Shown here piece after piece: positions 1 through 11,960 of a DNA stretch of 64,000 nucleotides. The stretch is from Blastocladiella emersonii ATCC 22665 (taxonomy: Eukaryota > Fungi > Blastocladiomycota). The stretch spans positions 248,001-312,000 of the forward strand of contig JANHCV010000002.1 in assembly GCA_025594325.1 (NCBI GenBank), given 5' to 3'. Position numbers and translations under genes: made by a program. The notes below the pieces were generated by a model, which was given only the letters and a program-made list of their open reading frames with translations, was not told where the DNA came from and made no database searches. Position 1 is the first letter of the stretch. The number at the start of each line of letters is the position of its first letter.

Positions 1-1460
1 TGCGCCATCGCACGCCGTGCTTGAGTCTCAACTCCCAGGGCTCGCTTCGCATCGAGGTTCAGCCCAAGTCGACCCCGCTTGATCTTGCGGCCTTTGCGTC
101 GTGGCTTCGTGAGCAACTCGGCGAGTTTGGCGAGCTGCGCTCGTTTACACAGGTCGAGGAAGCGTCGCGCCAGTACGCGATTTGTACTCGTACTGCCACC
201 GCACGCTGGGCTAACGATCACTCTCCCGGATCGTGTAGTGGGTTGCTGGTCGCCTTCGTCGAGTTCTTTGACGGCCGCGATCGGATCAAAGCGTGCACGG
301 AACTGAGCGAGGCGCGGTTCGACGGATTCACCATCGATGTCCAGTTTGCGTGGGATCAGTCGAGCGTGCACGTGTCTCCCTTCCTTACCTTCGTGTGACG
401 CGGCAACCTACACTGATCCGCATCTCATCTTAGTGATATCACGGAGAACATCTTTAACCATTGTGTCGAGCTCCCGATACGACTTCTTCCGAAATGGGCC
501 AGATCACTTCTCAATCCCACCGACGACGAGGAATACCAACACGAGTTGGAGTTTGCTTCGCGTCGCGCCAGCGCCATCACTCTCGAGGAGCTGAGGGGCG
601 GGTCCGACCCGCTTCGTTCTCGCCCGCAATCCCGCTCTCGCTCACGTTCTCAGTCTTGTTTGGAGTCCCGCTCTCGCTCTCACACTCGCTCTCCCTCGAA
701 CGATGCGGGTGCTTGCATCAACCAGCCTGTACCGGCGCGAGGCCACGATCCAGCACAGTATGGGTACTCGACGCCCCGCGACCATTCGCGCGGGCGGTCG
801 CGCCGCCGTAGCCGCTCACCGCGCGATTCGCGCGGCCGTAACAGTTCCGACGACCGGGATCGGCGCGCCCATCGCGACCGCGACTACGGATACGAGAGCC
901 GCGGCCGGTCTCGGTCGCCCTCGCGGCATCGTAACGATTCGTTGTCTAGCTTACCTTCCTTCTCGCCGTCATTCTCGAATTTACACCGCTCCGACTCGCA
1001 CGTTCGCGGGCCGACGAACGAGGTCCATCCTTCGCAGAACTTTTACTCCCCGCCGACGAGCGGATTCGTGCCGCCCTTCAATCCATTTCCTGCGGTCGCA
1101 CCTTATCCCGGAACGCCACCGTTTCCCTTGCTCGCTCAACAGCAGCAGCAGTATCATTTCGCCCACGCGCTTGCGCTGCAGGCATCGTTCGCGGCGGCCG
1201 TCGCGTCCGACCCGCCGCTCTACTCTTCCTTGATGGCCTTTGGTTTCGGCGGTATCGCTTCGGTGCCGGCCGAGTTCACAGCGAATAGCCCAATGTTTGC
1301 AGCTGCTTCCGCTCCACAGCCTGTGGGTGAGCCGGCGCACAAGCCCGTTGGGGAGTCCACACCGCCTTCGATTCCGAGTGGTGGTGGCGGCGAGGAATCA
1401 AGTTCGACGGCGGTCCCGCACCCGAATGAGCGGGATCAGGCCGAAGAGGCGGGTAACTAG
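1..1460 (+). CDS. SR1: Mei2-like tandem-RRM + RS + Pro/Gln protein, 5' partial
   Basis: Spliced model: ..172 / 239-367 / 434-1460. Reads GSLRIEVQP..FGELRSF, then LVAFVEFFDGRDR..FAWDQSSV, then DITENIFNHCVELPIRLLPKWAR, RS repeats and a Q/A tail. Intron 3 has a GC donor. Confidence 0.85.
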
Positions 1461-1986
1461 GTGCGTTGTTGGTTTGATGGTGAGAAAATGGTGATGGAGA
1501 TACGCGAGAGCAGTTTGATGGAGCGGGGAGGCATGGCGAGCTCCTCGCCGCCATCGAGGTCGAGTGCGTAATAAACTTGTAACTGTCGAGCTCGCTAGGC
1601 TCTTTGGAGAGATAGAGCTCCGCTGAGGCGTCTCTGGTTTCATCGCACTCTCGTTCTCGAAGCCGTATCGTTCAGCGACACAGACAACACTGGTCGACTC
1701 AAGCACACGACCTCGGTGCGAAGAGAGCTTGGGGATGCGGCGATGAGTGATTGTTAGGCTGATGGGTTCGCGGGACGCGTGTTGTTGACGCAGGGCAAGG
1801 TCGCGAGAAGTAGAGGGACGGGCTCGGTAAAAATCCCGGTAGCCAGCGGCGGGCGGGAGACGCTACGCGACGCGTTCGAGCAACGCGAGAGACACGTGTG
1901 GATGATACAGCGACGTTGCAAGTTGGGCGACCGGTCAAGTGGCGCCACTCCCTGACTCCGCTTCCGCTCTCCACCCGCAACTCTCC

Positions 1987-2030
1987 ATGGAACTGATGAA
2001 CAGCGGCCGCAACGTGTAACTTGCTGCAAT
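1987..2030 (+). promoter_or_regulatory. SR-family leader: uORF MELMNSGRNV* + TAACTTGCTGCAAT box
   Basis: ATG 1987, TAA 2017-2019, 11 nt before main ATG 2031. Confidence 0.7.
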
Positions 2031-4162
2031 ATGAGTGATTCTCGGGCGAAACCGCCGAGCAAGGTCTCGCTTCTCCCAAACGCGGAAATGGCCCGAGGTG
2101 ACGCCACGACTTCAGCCGCCGAGGGCCTGTTCCCGCCGAGCCGGTCGATTCGCTTGTGGTGGACGACTGACACGGAAGACAAGGCCGTCGACTACCGCCG
2201 GGAGCTTCTGAGGCAGTCCCCCGGCTCGTACGAAGCGCGTGTCTCGAGGACCCGGATTGTCCTCGACGGGCACTCGTCGGAGTGCCAGCTCGCCATTATC
2301 AGCTTTGTATGCGCAGTTTCGATTGTTCACCGCTCAGCAGTTCCGCTCACCGGCGATCGGCATCTGTAGCACGACATCCGCGACGCCCAGGCGGCCATGA
2401 AGTACTGGAACGGGCGCAAACAGTGGGGCGTCAAAATCGAGGCCCACTTCCTGATTCCGAAGACGCCCGCGCACGAGCGCACGCCGTGTTCTTCTCCAAA
2501 CAACGAGGGCTCGCTTCGCATCGACCTGCGCCCACAGGCAGCCATGCCCGCGGACTCGAGCCGAACTTGGTTGCGCGAGTTTTTAAGCAAGTTTGGCGGA
2601 ATTCGCTCGTTTGACGTGACCCAAGAGTCTCGCGAGTTCGTATCTCCCGTATCACTTCTGATCCAGACTTCCGCGGCTGACCGTTGCTCGCTTGTCCTGT
2701 AGCGGCTCCCTGGTCGCGTTTGTGGAATTTTACGACAACCGCGCCCGCCTCGAAGCTTGCGAAAAGCTGAACAATATGCTTTTCAGGGACTATACGATCC
2801 GCGCCGAGCTCGCGTGGGATGCGGCTTCAGTGTACGTCACTAATCCTTTTGATGCCCGGGCTTTGTACTGACGTCCATCTATCTTGATGTAGCGACATTG
2901 TGAAACGGATCATGAGCCGGTCCGTCGCCGTGGCACAGGGTCTTGTTCCGAAATGGGCCAGGTCGTTTGTCGTCTCAAGCCCGAGCGCGGGCGAGCAACC
3001 CGCGGGCAACGCTTCTCATGACCTGCATCAACCGGAAGGTCGCGGCTCCTTGAGCAGTCGCAGCGACGTGCGGCGTCCTAGCTCGCCTTCGCACTCCAGT
3101 CGTCGGTCGCGGTCCCGCTCTCGCTCTCATTCTCGCAGCTCTCAATCCCGCAGCTCTCATTCTCGTAGCCGTGATTTGCAGCGCCGCAGCCGCGATTCCG
3201 ACCGTACGATGAAATCATCGCGCGGTTCCCGCAGCCGCTCGCCGCGCAGTTCGCGCAGTTCGCGCATCTCGCGCGATCAGGCCAAGTCTTCCGACCAAAC
3301 CCGGCGTCGCAGCCGCTCGCGCGACACCCGCAGCAGCGAGCACGAGCCTCGCCGTCGATCGCAATCGCGAAGCAAACGCTTTTCGCGTTCTTCGCGGTCG
3401 GACGCTCGTTCTCGTTCCAGCTCCGGTTCTCGTTCTCGCCGCCGCGAATCCCCGCGTTCCCGTGCTAGCGAATCTACTGCCGAGGCCAATTCTGCTTCGT
3501 CCTCGATCGCTGTAAGCGACTCTATCCCGGCTCTCAACGCGCTTGCTGGTGCGCCCGCGCCCGCGGGTCCATCGTTCATTGTGCTGCCCGCGTCGGCTCT
3601 GGCGTCGCTCATCCAGTATCAACAACAGCCGCAGCAGCTCCAATATCCTCAGCTACAGCTCGAGCAGCTTCACCAACCGCAGCAGCTTTACCAGCCGCAC
3701 CTCCAGCTCCAGCAGCCGTTCCACCACCCCCAATTACAGCTTCAGCAGCAGCAGTCGAACGTCGCTCAGCCGCTCCAGCTGCAGTTTCACCAACCTCAAC
3801 CGCAGTTGCAGCTCCAGCAACAGCTTCTTCATCCGCAGCTACATCTTCAACAGCAGCAGCCGAACGTCGCCCAGGCGCTGCAGCTGCATGCGTCGCTCGC
3901 GGGCGCCAACAACTCGATGCTCCTCTCGTCCATGATAGCACAGGGCCTCGCTGGCGGCGGCGGCACTGGCGCGTATCTCGCGGGCAACCCGCTGCCCATG
4001 GTTCCCGCGGCCCCGCAGATGCAGTTGCAGATCCAGCCGCTCCAAGGGATGGGCATGGCGTCGCACCAGCTCCTGCCCTTGGTTCACGGCGGCAGCGCCA
4101 ACGGTGCAGGTGTTAGCGTTTCGGCGGCGAAACGTCTGAGCAAGTCGGCTTCGCGAAAGTAG
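2031..4162 (+). CDS. SR2: Mei2-like RRM1-RRM2 + RS + poly-Q protein (4 exons)
   Basis: FPPSRSIRLWW..LAIISF | HDIRDAQAAMKYWNG..HFLIPK..NNEGSLRIDLRP..FGGIRSF | GSLVAFVEFYD..ELAWD | DIVKRIMSRS..VPKWAR, then RS and Q-rich regions. The pattern PSR..DIRxA..HFxIP..N[EQ]G[ST]L..F[VI]EFYD matches the Mei2-like RRM pair as I recall it. Confidence 0.85.
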
Positions 4163-5159
4163 GATTGGAGCCGAGATAACCTCGAGTAAGGGGCTTTGTG
4201 ACGCCCGAGAGTATATATATATAAGTTTGTTAGTGATCGGCTTGAACTAGGTGCTCTGCTTGGTCAGTTGGTCGGGACGCGCATGAGCGACGCGTCGCGT
4301 TTCGCGTGGCGCACCACACACTTGAGCCGCGCGTGCATCGGGCACTTGTCCACCGCCCTCCCCTTCGCCGTGCGCGATGAAGCTGATGAGCGCGTAACTT
4401 GTGGCAAGCCGTCTACCGTGAGAGCGAGATCATGGATTGGGCGAGGTCACGCCCAGGTGCCACTGCTCCCAACGCGGAACGGGCGCCGTGAGCTCGATGA
4501 GCACGTTGGCGCGAGCAGCGCGCGCCGCCCATGCGAACGAAAGGCAAGTGTTAGCTCGAAACAGCCGCTGACCAAGTCAAGCTTTCGCGTGTTACCTCGC
4601 TGTGGTCCGCGATTCGCCGAAGCCGCTTCTGCTCGCGCCTTCGCAGTCAAAGCTCTTCCCATCCTCGTCTAGCTCGTGATCTCGGGACCGAGACTTTCGC
4701 CCGCTATTGCGCGACCACGACGTCCTCGGAATCGCTGAACGACAGCCGCCGTCGCCACCGGCCACCGCCAGAAGTGGCAGACCATGTACATGCCGGCCGC
4801 GTCAAGTTCGCTTGCGCGGTACTAATAGACTCGCATGCATCCGATCCTGTTCCCATTGCGAACTCGCTCGAGTGTCCGTTGCTGCAGCATGGGGTCGGCT
4901 CGTGCTCTTGAGCGCTGCTCTCAGGGCTTTCGTCGCGTCGTCCAAGCGCGACTCGTGCGCGCGTTGGGCCGCTCGATTTCCCTCGAGATCCTTCCTGACA
5001 TTGTTCCGGCATGAATTTGCATCTGAGCGACGCTTGCGGCAGACGCAGGGGCTTCGGCGAGTCGGAGGGGCGACGCGACGCGACGCGACGCGGCTGATGC
5101 GGTGAGTCAGACTTTCCACGGCCGCGCCCACCGGCGTTCTGCTCTCGGTCCGCCGCTTG

Positions 5160-5203
5160 ATGAAGCCAATGAACGACTGCCCTCGGGCTTAACTTGCTGC
5201 AAC
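5160..5203 (+). promoter_or_regulatory. SR-family leader: uORF MKPMNDCPRA* + box
   Basis: ATG 5160, TAA 5190-5192, main ATG 5204. Confidence 0.7.
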
Positions 5204-6916
5204 ATGGACCCGAACGAGGAACAGTCCCCGGAGCGGGCGCCGCTTCCCTCAAACTCGTCGCAGGCCGAAGCCGAACCCGAGATGCCGCCGAGCCGCTCGA
5301 TCCGCCTGTACTGGCCGGGCGACGCGCGAAGCCCCGTCAACTACCGCCGTGAGTTGGAGGATCAGTGCCCCAACGCGTACCAGGTCCACGTCTCGAGCGC
5401 ACTGATTCGGACTGGCCAAGACTCAGACGTCTACGAACGTCAGCTCGCGATCCTCGACTTTGTGCGGACTTTCTTGCTTGCATCCGACCGAGTGCGTACT
5501 CGAGCTTACCACTTACGGCGCGACTAGTATGACATCCGCGATGCCCAGGCGGCGCTCAAGCGCTGGAACGGGCGGACGGAATGGGGCGTGCGCGTTGAGG
5601 GCCACTACATGCTTCCTGACATGCCCGCGAAGGAGCGCACGCCATGCAAGAAGCCAGGCAACCAGGGCTCGCTCCGCATCGATGTGCGGCCGCGAGGACC
5701 CACCGCCGCGTGCCCTTGCCCCAATCTAATTCGTGACCACTTGAAAACGTTTGGCGAGCTGCGGTCGTTTGACGTGGTCCAGGAGCAGGGAAAGTACGTT
5801 GTTCTCGCACTCCACTCACTTCTCCCACTACTCGCGCTCGAGCTGACGATACTTTCGTGTTTTACCGCGCAGCGGGTCCCTGGTCGTGTTCGCCGAGTAC
5901 TTCAGCAAGCGCGAACGGCTGATTGCGCTCAAGGCGCTGGAGCGCGAACGGTCAGGGGACTATACGATCCACGTTCAACTTGCGTGGGATCAGTCCAGCG
6001 TGTACGCCACCTGCGTTTGCGACGCGCAAACACGCTGACTCCCGACGCTCGCCATTGTAGGGACATTGTGAGGCGGATTTTGGACCGTTCGGTCACCTTC
6101 TCGACCCCGGGACTGCTTCCTAAATGGGCCAGGGGACCGCCGTCGCACAGCGGCTCTACCGCGAGCGCCATGTCGCGCGGGAATACCGATCCGCAGCACC
6201 CTCGCACGCGTCTCCGCTCTCGTTCTCGCTCTCCTAGCCGTAGCCGTAGCCGGCACGGCTCGGCCCACGGCCACAACCGAGGGCGGGACGAGCGTAACCG
6301 CTCGCCACCTGGGCGATCCCGCCGCAACACCCCTTCGCCACGCCGTCCGCGCGACTCGCATGATCCTGTTCGGCACCGTCACAGCGCTCGCGATGACCGT
6401 GGCTCTAGCCGCGAACGCCATGAGCGCGTTTTGCCGCCGCGGACCCGCTCTCGCTCTCCTCGTCGCGACCCGCGCAGCGCTCGTACTCGCAACCCGACCC
6501 GCAAGGCCAAACCGGTTTCCGCGGTCGGAACTACCGAGGAAATAACGCTGCCGCCGAATCCTTTCCTTGCGCCGCCGCCAGCCACGCTGCTGGACATGCC
6601 CGTGTTTCCGTTTCCGCCGCAACAGCAGCAGCAGCAGCCCGATTTTGCGCAAGCGCTTCAGCTAGTCTCTCTCGCGGCCATCAACCCGTACTTCTTCTCG
6701 CTCGCGCAGGCGCAGGGTCTCGGCGCGCTCTTCCCTGCTCCCATGCCCACGCCTACCGCGGGTCAGCCGCTCCAGTTTCCGGGGATGCCGCTCATGCCGC
6801 CGCCGCCGATTTCGCTCCCGCCGGTCGTCACCGGCGGTGAACGCAACGTTGGGTCGACTGCGGCGGCGAGCGAGCACGGTGGCGCGCAGGTGATTCCGAA
6901 CTCCAGACGCGGGTGA
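5204..6916 (+). CDS. SR3: Mei2-like RRM-RRM-RS protein
   Basis: MDPNEEQSP..PPSRSIRLYW..LAILDF | YDIRDAQAA..NQGSLRIDVRP | GSLVVFAEYF..LAWDQSSV | DIVRRILDRS..LPKWAR; same three intron positions and phases as the other copies. Confidence 0.85.
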
Positions 6917-7164
6917 GTAAGGCGACGAAGTCGGGTGTGAGGAAGCAGGGTCCGTGTGAATGTAACAACAGTTCAGAGTCGCTCAGTGTCGATCAGTTGA
7001 TGGTCAGAGCGCAGCCGCGAGCCGGTTGAAACCACGTCAGCGAGTCGGCGGCCCAGACGAACGACGCGTCGCGTTTCAGGTCCGAGGAATAGGTGCTTCG
7101 GGTCGAGCTCGCATGTCATTGGTCTTCGATAGATGCTTGCTTTCGGAACAATAGCGTCGAGTGC

Positions 7165-7640
7165 GAGCTGACGCGTTTTCTGGCGTAGCGACAAGGTCAA
7201 ACAGCTGCTGGACCAGGCCGTGATGTTTTTTCTGCGCTTTCTTCCGTGGTGAGCGCAACTGATCGGCAAGTCATCGCCGCCCTCGAACTATGGCCAGAGC
7301 CGACCCATTGACTCGGAGCAGGAGTTTGATTTCCGGCAGCTCACTCCATGTCCGCGGTCATGGCCATGGTTGCGCTCACGCTCCCGCTCCCGCGAGTATC
7401 ACAACCACGATCACCATGACAACCACCGCGACTGCTTGCGCAGCTGATCCCTGTCGCCTCGCACTCGGCCTGCTTCTTGTGATGCTCAACGAAAAACGCG
7501 TCGTGACCATGGACGCCGGTGGCTCATCGCTCTCACTCTTGTACCGATACCCGCTCGCGCGCTGACTCGTGCTCCAGCAACGAGTTTTTCGTCCCGTCAC
7601 TCACTTGCTCGCGCACTCTCACTCCCATTTGCGTTCCGAC
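7165..7640 (+). pseudogene. Relic of SR-family intron 3 end and exon 4
   Basis: Branch point GCTGAC and acceptor TAG (7186-7188), then DKVKQLLDQAVMFFLRFLPW*, then RSRSRSRE.. with further stops and frameshifts; no exons 1-3 seen upstream. Confidence 0.65.
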
Positions 7641-7728
7641 TGGTGCGAGGCAGACGCGAAGTGGGAGATGACTCCCGCGAGCCCTCATCGTCTTCGCCAC
7701 TGCCGCCACTGGTCGACGCTCCCGGCTT

Positions 7729-7781
7729 ATGAAGTCGATGAAGCGAATGAACGCGAACCGCGATACATAACTTGCTGCAAC
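7729..7781 (+). promoter_or_regulatory. SR-family leader: uORF MKSMKRMNANRDT* + box
   Basis: In-frame ATGs at 7729, 7738 and 7747; TAA 7768-7770; main ATG 7782. Confidence 0.7.
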
Positions 7782-9619
7782 ATGGATAAATCCGAGTCGC
7801 AGCCTTCTCCTGCCTCGCTCCGCCCGAATGCTGAGCCAAAGCGAGGGTCGGGTTTGGGGGTGGCGACTGCCGCAACAGCTGACCCGCGGACTGCATTTCC
7901 TGCGAGCCGTGGGATCCGCTTGCGTTGGATGCCCAAATCAGACGATATATCCGATATCAGCCGCGAGCTTTGGAAGCTGTATCCTCGAGCTTACGCGATT
8001 TCCATGAAGAGCGCCACGGTCACCCGGGATGGGCGCTCTGATCAGCGGTGCCAGTTTGCAATCCTCAACTTTGTATGTTTCTGGGGCATCTACCTTTAAA
8101 CTTCATGTCCTTGTCCGGCTCAACGTGCTTATTTGTAACTCCGTGGGACACACTGTAGCATGATCTGCGCCACGCTCAGGCGGCCCTGGAGCAATGGCAC
8201 GGGCGCGAGCTGTACGGGAATCGCATCGAGGGCCATTACATGATTCCATGCGAGCCCGTGCAGCAACGCACGCCGTATAACTTCAAGAAGGGCCAGGGCT
8301 CGCTTCGCATCGAGCTGCGGCCGCGGAAAGCTGCGCCCGAGTACCCGAGCCATGGTCGGCTTCATCAACGCTTGTGCAGCTTTGGCGATTTGCGCTCGCT
8401 CGACGTGACCCAGGAGCGTGACGGGTATGTGGTTTTGAGCCCAAAGGCTCACACTGGAACGCGAGCTTACAACCACTCGTCACTTAGCGGCCCTCTTGTT
8501 GCCTTCGCCGAGTATTTCGATTCACGTTCTTGTCTTCGTGCCCGTGACGACTTGAACAAATCCAGGTTCGAGGGCTACACGCTCTACACTGAGCTCGCGT
8601 GGGACCAATCCTCGATGTCCGCCTCCGCCATTGCAACGGACATTTCTCTTGCTGACGCGCCGTCCACGTCTAGTGATATCGTGAAGCAGGTGCTGGACCG
8701 GTCGATTACTGTCGCCTCACACTTTCTACCTCCGTGGGCTAAGCTGGCCGACCCGACGCAACCTGCCGCCCGTGTACAGCGCCAGTCTCGCGGATCAGCA
8801 GGTCGCGCGAAGGACCAGCGCCGACTGCCTGCTTTGGGCGACCACAATCATTCACGGATTCCCCATCGCACTCGTTCACGCTCTCGCGCACGCTCCCGTT
8901 CTCATTCGCGAATCCGTCGTGCTGAACCTCGAGATCGCTCGCTCAGCTGTTCCCGCCGTCGGAGCAAATCGCCGCGACCCAGTCCTCGCAGTCAAACCAA
9001 CGATATTGATCAGGGTCGGCGTCGCGACCGTACGCGTGCCACCCGGCGGAGCTCGAGTCCGCCATCACGGCGCGCCTCTCGCTCGCCTCCGCCCTCTAGC
9101 TCTCGTTCTCGCCGCCGCACTCGAACTCTTTCGGGATCCTGGTCTCGTTCCCGCGCTCCTGAACTTGTTTCGCGGAGTTCGCGTGACGCCAAGCCAGACA
9201 GCGGTCCCCTTGTGCCTTCGATTCCGACAGCCAGCTTCATCCCAACGCTTGACATGCTCGCTTCCGCAGCACCGTCGGCCATGGAATCATCCTACATCGT
9301 TGTGCCCGCGGCTGCGCTGCCCTCTCTCATCCAGCAGTACAACCTCGCCCAGACCCTCCAGTTCCAGCAGGCCTCACTCGCGGCGGCGACCGCGAGTCCG
9401 ATGCTGCTCACGAATAACCTTGGCCTCGGTGGCGGCGGCAGTCTCGCACAGCTCAACCCCATGTACTCGATGGCTGCGGTCCCCGGTGCACCGTTGCAGC
9501 AGTTCCAGGGCACGATGCCGCTCCCCGTAATGCCAGCGCCGCCTCAGAGAGGGTTTGACCCAATTGCGATGCAGCAGCTTCGGTACATCTTTGGCAGTGC
9601 GGGAATGCCAGGGAAGTAG
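7782..9619 (+). CDS. SR4: Mei2-like RRM-RRM-RS protein
   Basis: FPASRGIRLRW..FAILNF | HDLRHAQAA..GQGSLRIELRP | GPLVAFAEYFD..LAWDQSS | DIVKQVLDRS..LPPWAK; introns 8425-8487 and 8617-8673. Confidence 0.85.
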
Positions 9620-9947
9620 TGAGAGGCGGCTCATGCGGCTGCGGAAATCTGGGTCTTGGAGCATCAGTTTTCGCATCGAGTTCCATGTCGGCTCGATCCT
9701 AACTTGTATCCATACATTTGGTCCTTTCTTCATCGACTTAAGTTCCCTGTTGCTTCCTGTACGTTGCTGTTCGCGCTCCTCTCGCGCAACGTCAGTGACG
9801 CATCCTTGCGCGTGAGCGCTTTGAACTCGACGAAACGCGGTCTTGGGAGGTGCGAGTCCCGCCATTTGCACTTGTGTGGTCCCTCGCTAAAGGTGTGGGC
9901 CGGGTGGCGCGAGGTGAGACGCGGGGCGAGGTGAGACGCTTCGCAAG

Positions 9948-9968
9948 ACGCGTCGAGAAAACATGTGA
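9948..9968 (+). promoter_or_regulatory. 21-bp ACGCGW-N8-CATGTGA upstream motif
   Basis: ACGCGTCGAGAAAACATGTGA, ~140 nt upstream of the protease ATG; near-copies at 25024, 26862 and 62881 (-). Confidence 0.5.
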
Positions 9969-10109
9969 CGGCCGGGGTGGCTGTTGAGGGCTTGCGGAGA
10001 AGGCTTCTGGATTCTGTCAGCGAGGAATCGGGCGTCGCGATGCGCCACCACGAATCCTCCCCTATCTCTCCCTTCGTCATCAGAAAAGCAACGTCAGTAC
10101 TAGAAACCC

Positions 10110-11516
10110 ATGCATCACACTTGCTGCAGTGCGCAGCTGGCGCGCTCCCTGACCCTCGTGCTGGTCGTTGCCGCCGCCGCCGCGCTGGTCGCGACGGCAG
10201 CCCCCCTCGAGAAGCGGCAGACCGCCTCGGCTGCGCCGGCCGCCTTCCAGCTGTCCTTTACCTGCGACGCCACCGCGCCCGTCTTCTGCGCGAAAGCCGA
10301 GCGCGCCCTGCAGCGAGCCGCGCGGCGCATCACGCAAGAGTTCCGGTTCCGCCGCACCGTGACGTGCGCCGTCACCTTCTTCCTGCCGTGCGGGTCCGCG
10401 TCGCCGCCCGCGAGCTGCTCCGAGACGCGCCTGCTCGGGTCCGCCACGCCGACCGCCTTCTACCCGGTCCGCCTCAAGGACGACGGCCAGCTCTACACGG
10501 TGCCGTCGGCGCTGCTCAAGCAGTTTGACCATCCCGAGCTCGACGACGCCAGCCGCGTCGCGTACCCGGCGTTCGACCTGCGCGCGCGGTTCAACGCGGC
10601 GCGCACGTGGTGGTTTGCCGAGGACGGCGACCCGCCCGGCGGGAACGGGACGCTCGCGCAGAACACGTTCGACCTCGAGCGCGTCGCCACGCACGAGCTG
10701 CTGCACGGCCTCGGGTTCGGGAGCAACGTGCTGCTGGGCTTGCCGATTGCGAGCGATACGAAGCCGGCGTTCATCTTGCCGCAGTACGAGTCGAGCCCGC
10801 CGTCGACGCCGCCCTCCCTCGGCGTCGTCATGAGCGCCGACCCGTTCTACCGCTTCGCGCACCCGGGCTTGTGGGACCGCTTCACCGTCTTCTCCAACGG
10901 CGTTCCCGCGACCGCGTACGGCGCCAACATCACGCGCGCGTTCGACCGGCTCGTCGCTGCGGGCACCATCAAGCCCGCCGGTTCTTCGGGCGGCGCGAGC
11001 TACTACAACCCGCAGGCCGTGGTCGATGCGCTGGCCGCCGACCCCGACGCGTCGTCGGCGATGCAGGCGCTGGCCCGGTTCGGCACCACGCGCGAGTCGC
11101 TGGTCTTTGACACGGACGCGTGGCCGCCCAGCTCGGCGGCGTCGCCGAACTCTGCCGTCAAGTACCCGCTCGAGACGGGGCTCGCGCCGTTCACGCCCGG
11201 CAGATCGGCCGTGCACCTCGCCGACACGGTGGCGCGGAACGCCGACTTTCTCATGGTGTGGGCGTCGAACCGGCAGACGTACGGCTCCATGATCGCCGCG
11301 ACGCAGGCGCCCGAGTCGGGGCTGGGACCCGCCACGGTCGCCATTCTCACGGCGCTCGGGTACGCGCGGAGCAGCGCGACTGGGTTCACGAGCCGCGCCA
11401 ACTTGATCGAGCTGGTCCCTGAGACGTTCGGGACCGTCTCTCACGCGGCTGCGTTCGCGGCGCCCAGCGTGTGGACCTGCACTGCCGTTGTGATGGCACT
11501 CGCTCTCTCACTGTGA
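10110..11516 (+). CDS. Secreted, probably GPI-anchored zinc metalloprotease-like protein, copy 1
   Basis: Intronless 468 aa ORF; N-terminal hydrophobic signal; ATHELLHGLGFG (HExxHxxG); downstream SAVHL candidate third ligand; hydrophobic C-terminal tail. Confidence 0.75.
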   Translation: MHHTCCSAQLARSLTLVLVVAAAAALVATAAPLEKRQTASAAPAAFQLSFTCDATAPVFCAKAERALQRAARRITQEFRFRRTVTCAVTFFLPCGSASPPASCSETRLLGSATPTAFYPVRLKDDGQLYTVPSALLKQFDHPELDDASRVAYPAFDLRARFNAARTWWFAEDGDPPGGNGTLAQNTFDLERVATHELLHGLGFGSNVLLGLPIASDTKPAFILPQYESSPPSTPPSLGVVMSADPFYRFAHPGLWDRFTVFSNGVPATAYGANITRAFDRLVAAGTIKPAGSSGGASYYNPQAVVDALAADPDASSAMQALARFGTTRESLVFDTDAWPPSSAASPNSAVKYPLETGLAPFTPGRSAVHLADTVARNADFLMVWASNRQTYGSMIAATQAPESGLGPATVAILTALGYARSSATGFTSRANLIELVPETFGTVSHAAAFAAPSVWTCTAVVMALALSL

Positions 11517-11916
11517 ACCCATGCCTAGTTTCTAGTTTCGGGCACGAATAGAACCATTTTTGTACAATCAAAGCTGTTGATCTCTCACCGTTGTCACTCT
11601 TGCTTGCTCAGACATGCTTCTTTGGTCGCGGATCGGTACGACGCGCGTGATGGCTCGCGCGATCCCGTCGTTGTATGGCGGTAGCTAGGGCGCACGCCAA
11701 ACTTCCTCGATATCCAGCTGCCCGGATAGGGATCCGGTCAAGCCGGGTCTTGTGGGAGATGTTTGCGGCAGTCACTGAGGGTCGGGCGAGGGAGATGCAG
11801 GTCAGGAGGCAGAGCTGGGCGACGCGCTTGAGGACGCGACGCGACGCGGTTGGCGCGATGAGTCAGACATATCGCGGACGCTGCCTGTTGGCCGTTCGCT
11901 CCCGGCGCACCACCCC

Positions 11917-11960
11917 ATGAATCCAATGAACACTTACCCTCGAGCTTAACTTGCTGCAAC
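11917..11960 (+). promoter_or_regulatory. SR-family leader: uORF MNPMNTYPRA* + box
   Basis: ATG 11917, TAA 11947-11949, main ATG 11961. Confidence 0.7.

Noticed and set aside
2031-4162. Calling the family mei2 or canonical SR proteins by gene symbol
   Set aside because: Mei2's diagnostic RRM3 is absent, and the RRMs lack the canonical SR signatures (e.g. SWQDLKD); orthology cannot be supported.
4200-5050. Intergenic ORFs and (TA)n between SR2 and SR3 as a transposon
   Set aside because: No TIR/LTR, TSD or transposase motif found.
5188-5203. Leader box TTAACTTGCTGCAAC read as a U12 (AT-AC) or trans-splicing 3' splice site
   Set aside because: The end varies (AAC, AAT, AAA), there is no AG, and no ATATCCTT/GTATCCTT donor was found upstream; the in-frame uATG spacing explains the TAA/TGA better.
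8425-8673. SR4 ORF reading through introns 2 and 3 (63 and 57 nt) as regulated retention
   Set aside because: Stop-free 3n introns are expected by chance among ~30 short GC-rich introns; no independent evidence.
10080-11444. Long antisense and alternative-frame ORFs (also 28713-30176, 31475-32560, 38137-40056, 41692-43530, 47129-48649, 53352-55457)
   Set aside because: Shadows of GC3-rich real genes; Arg/Gly/Pro-rich with no motifs.
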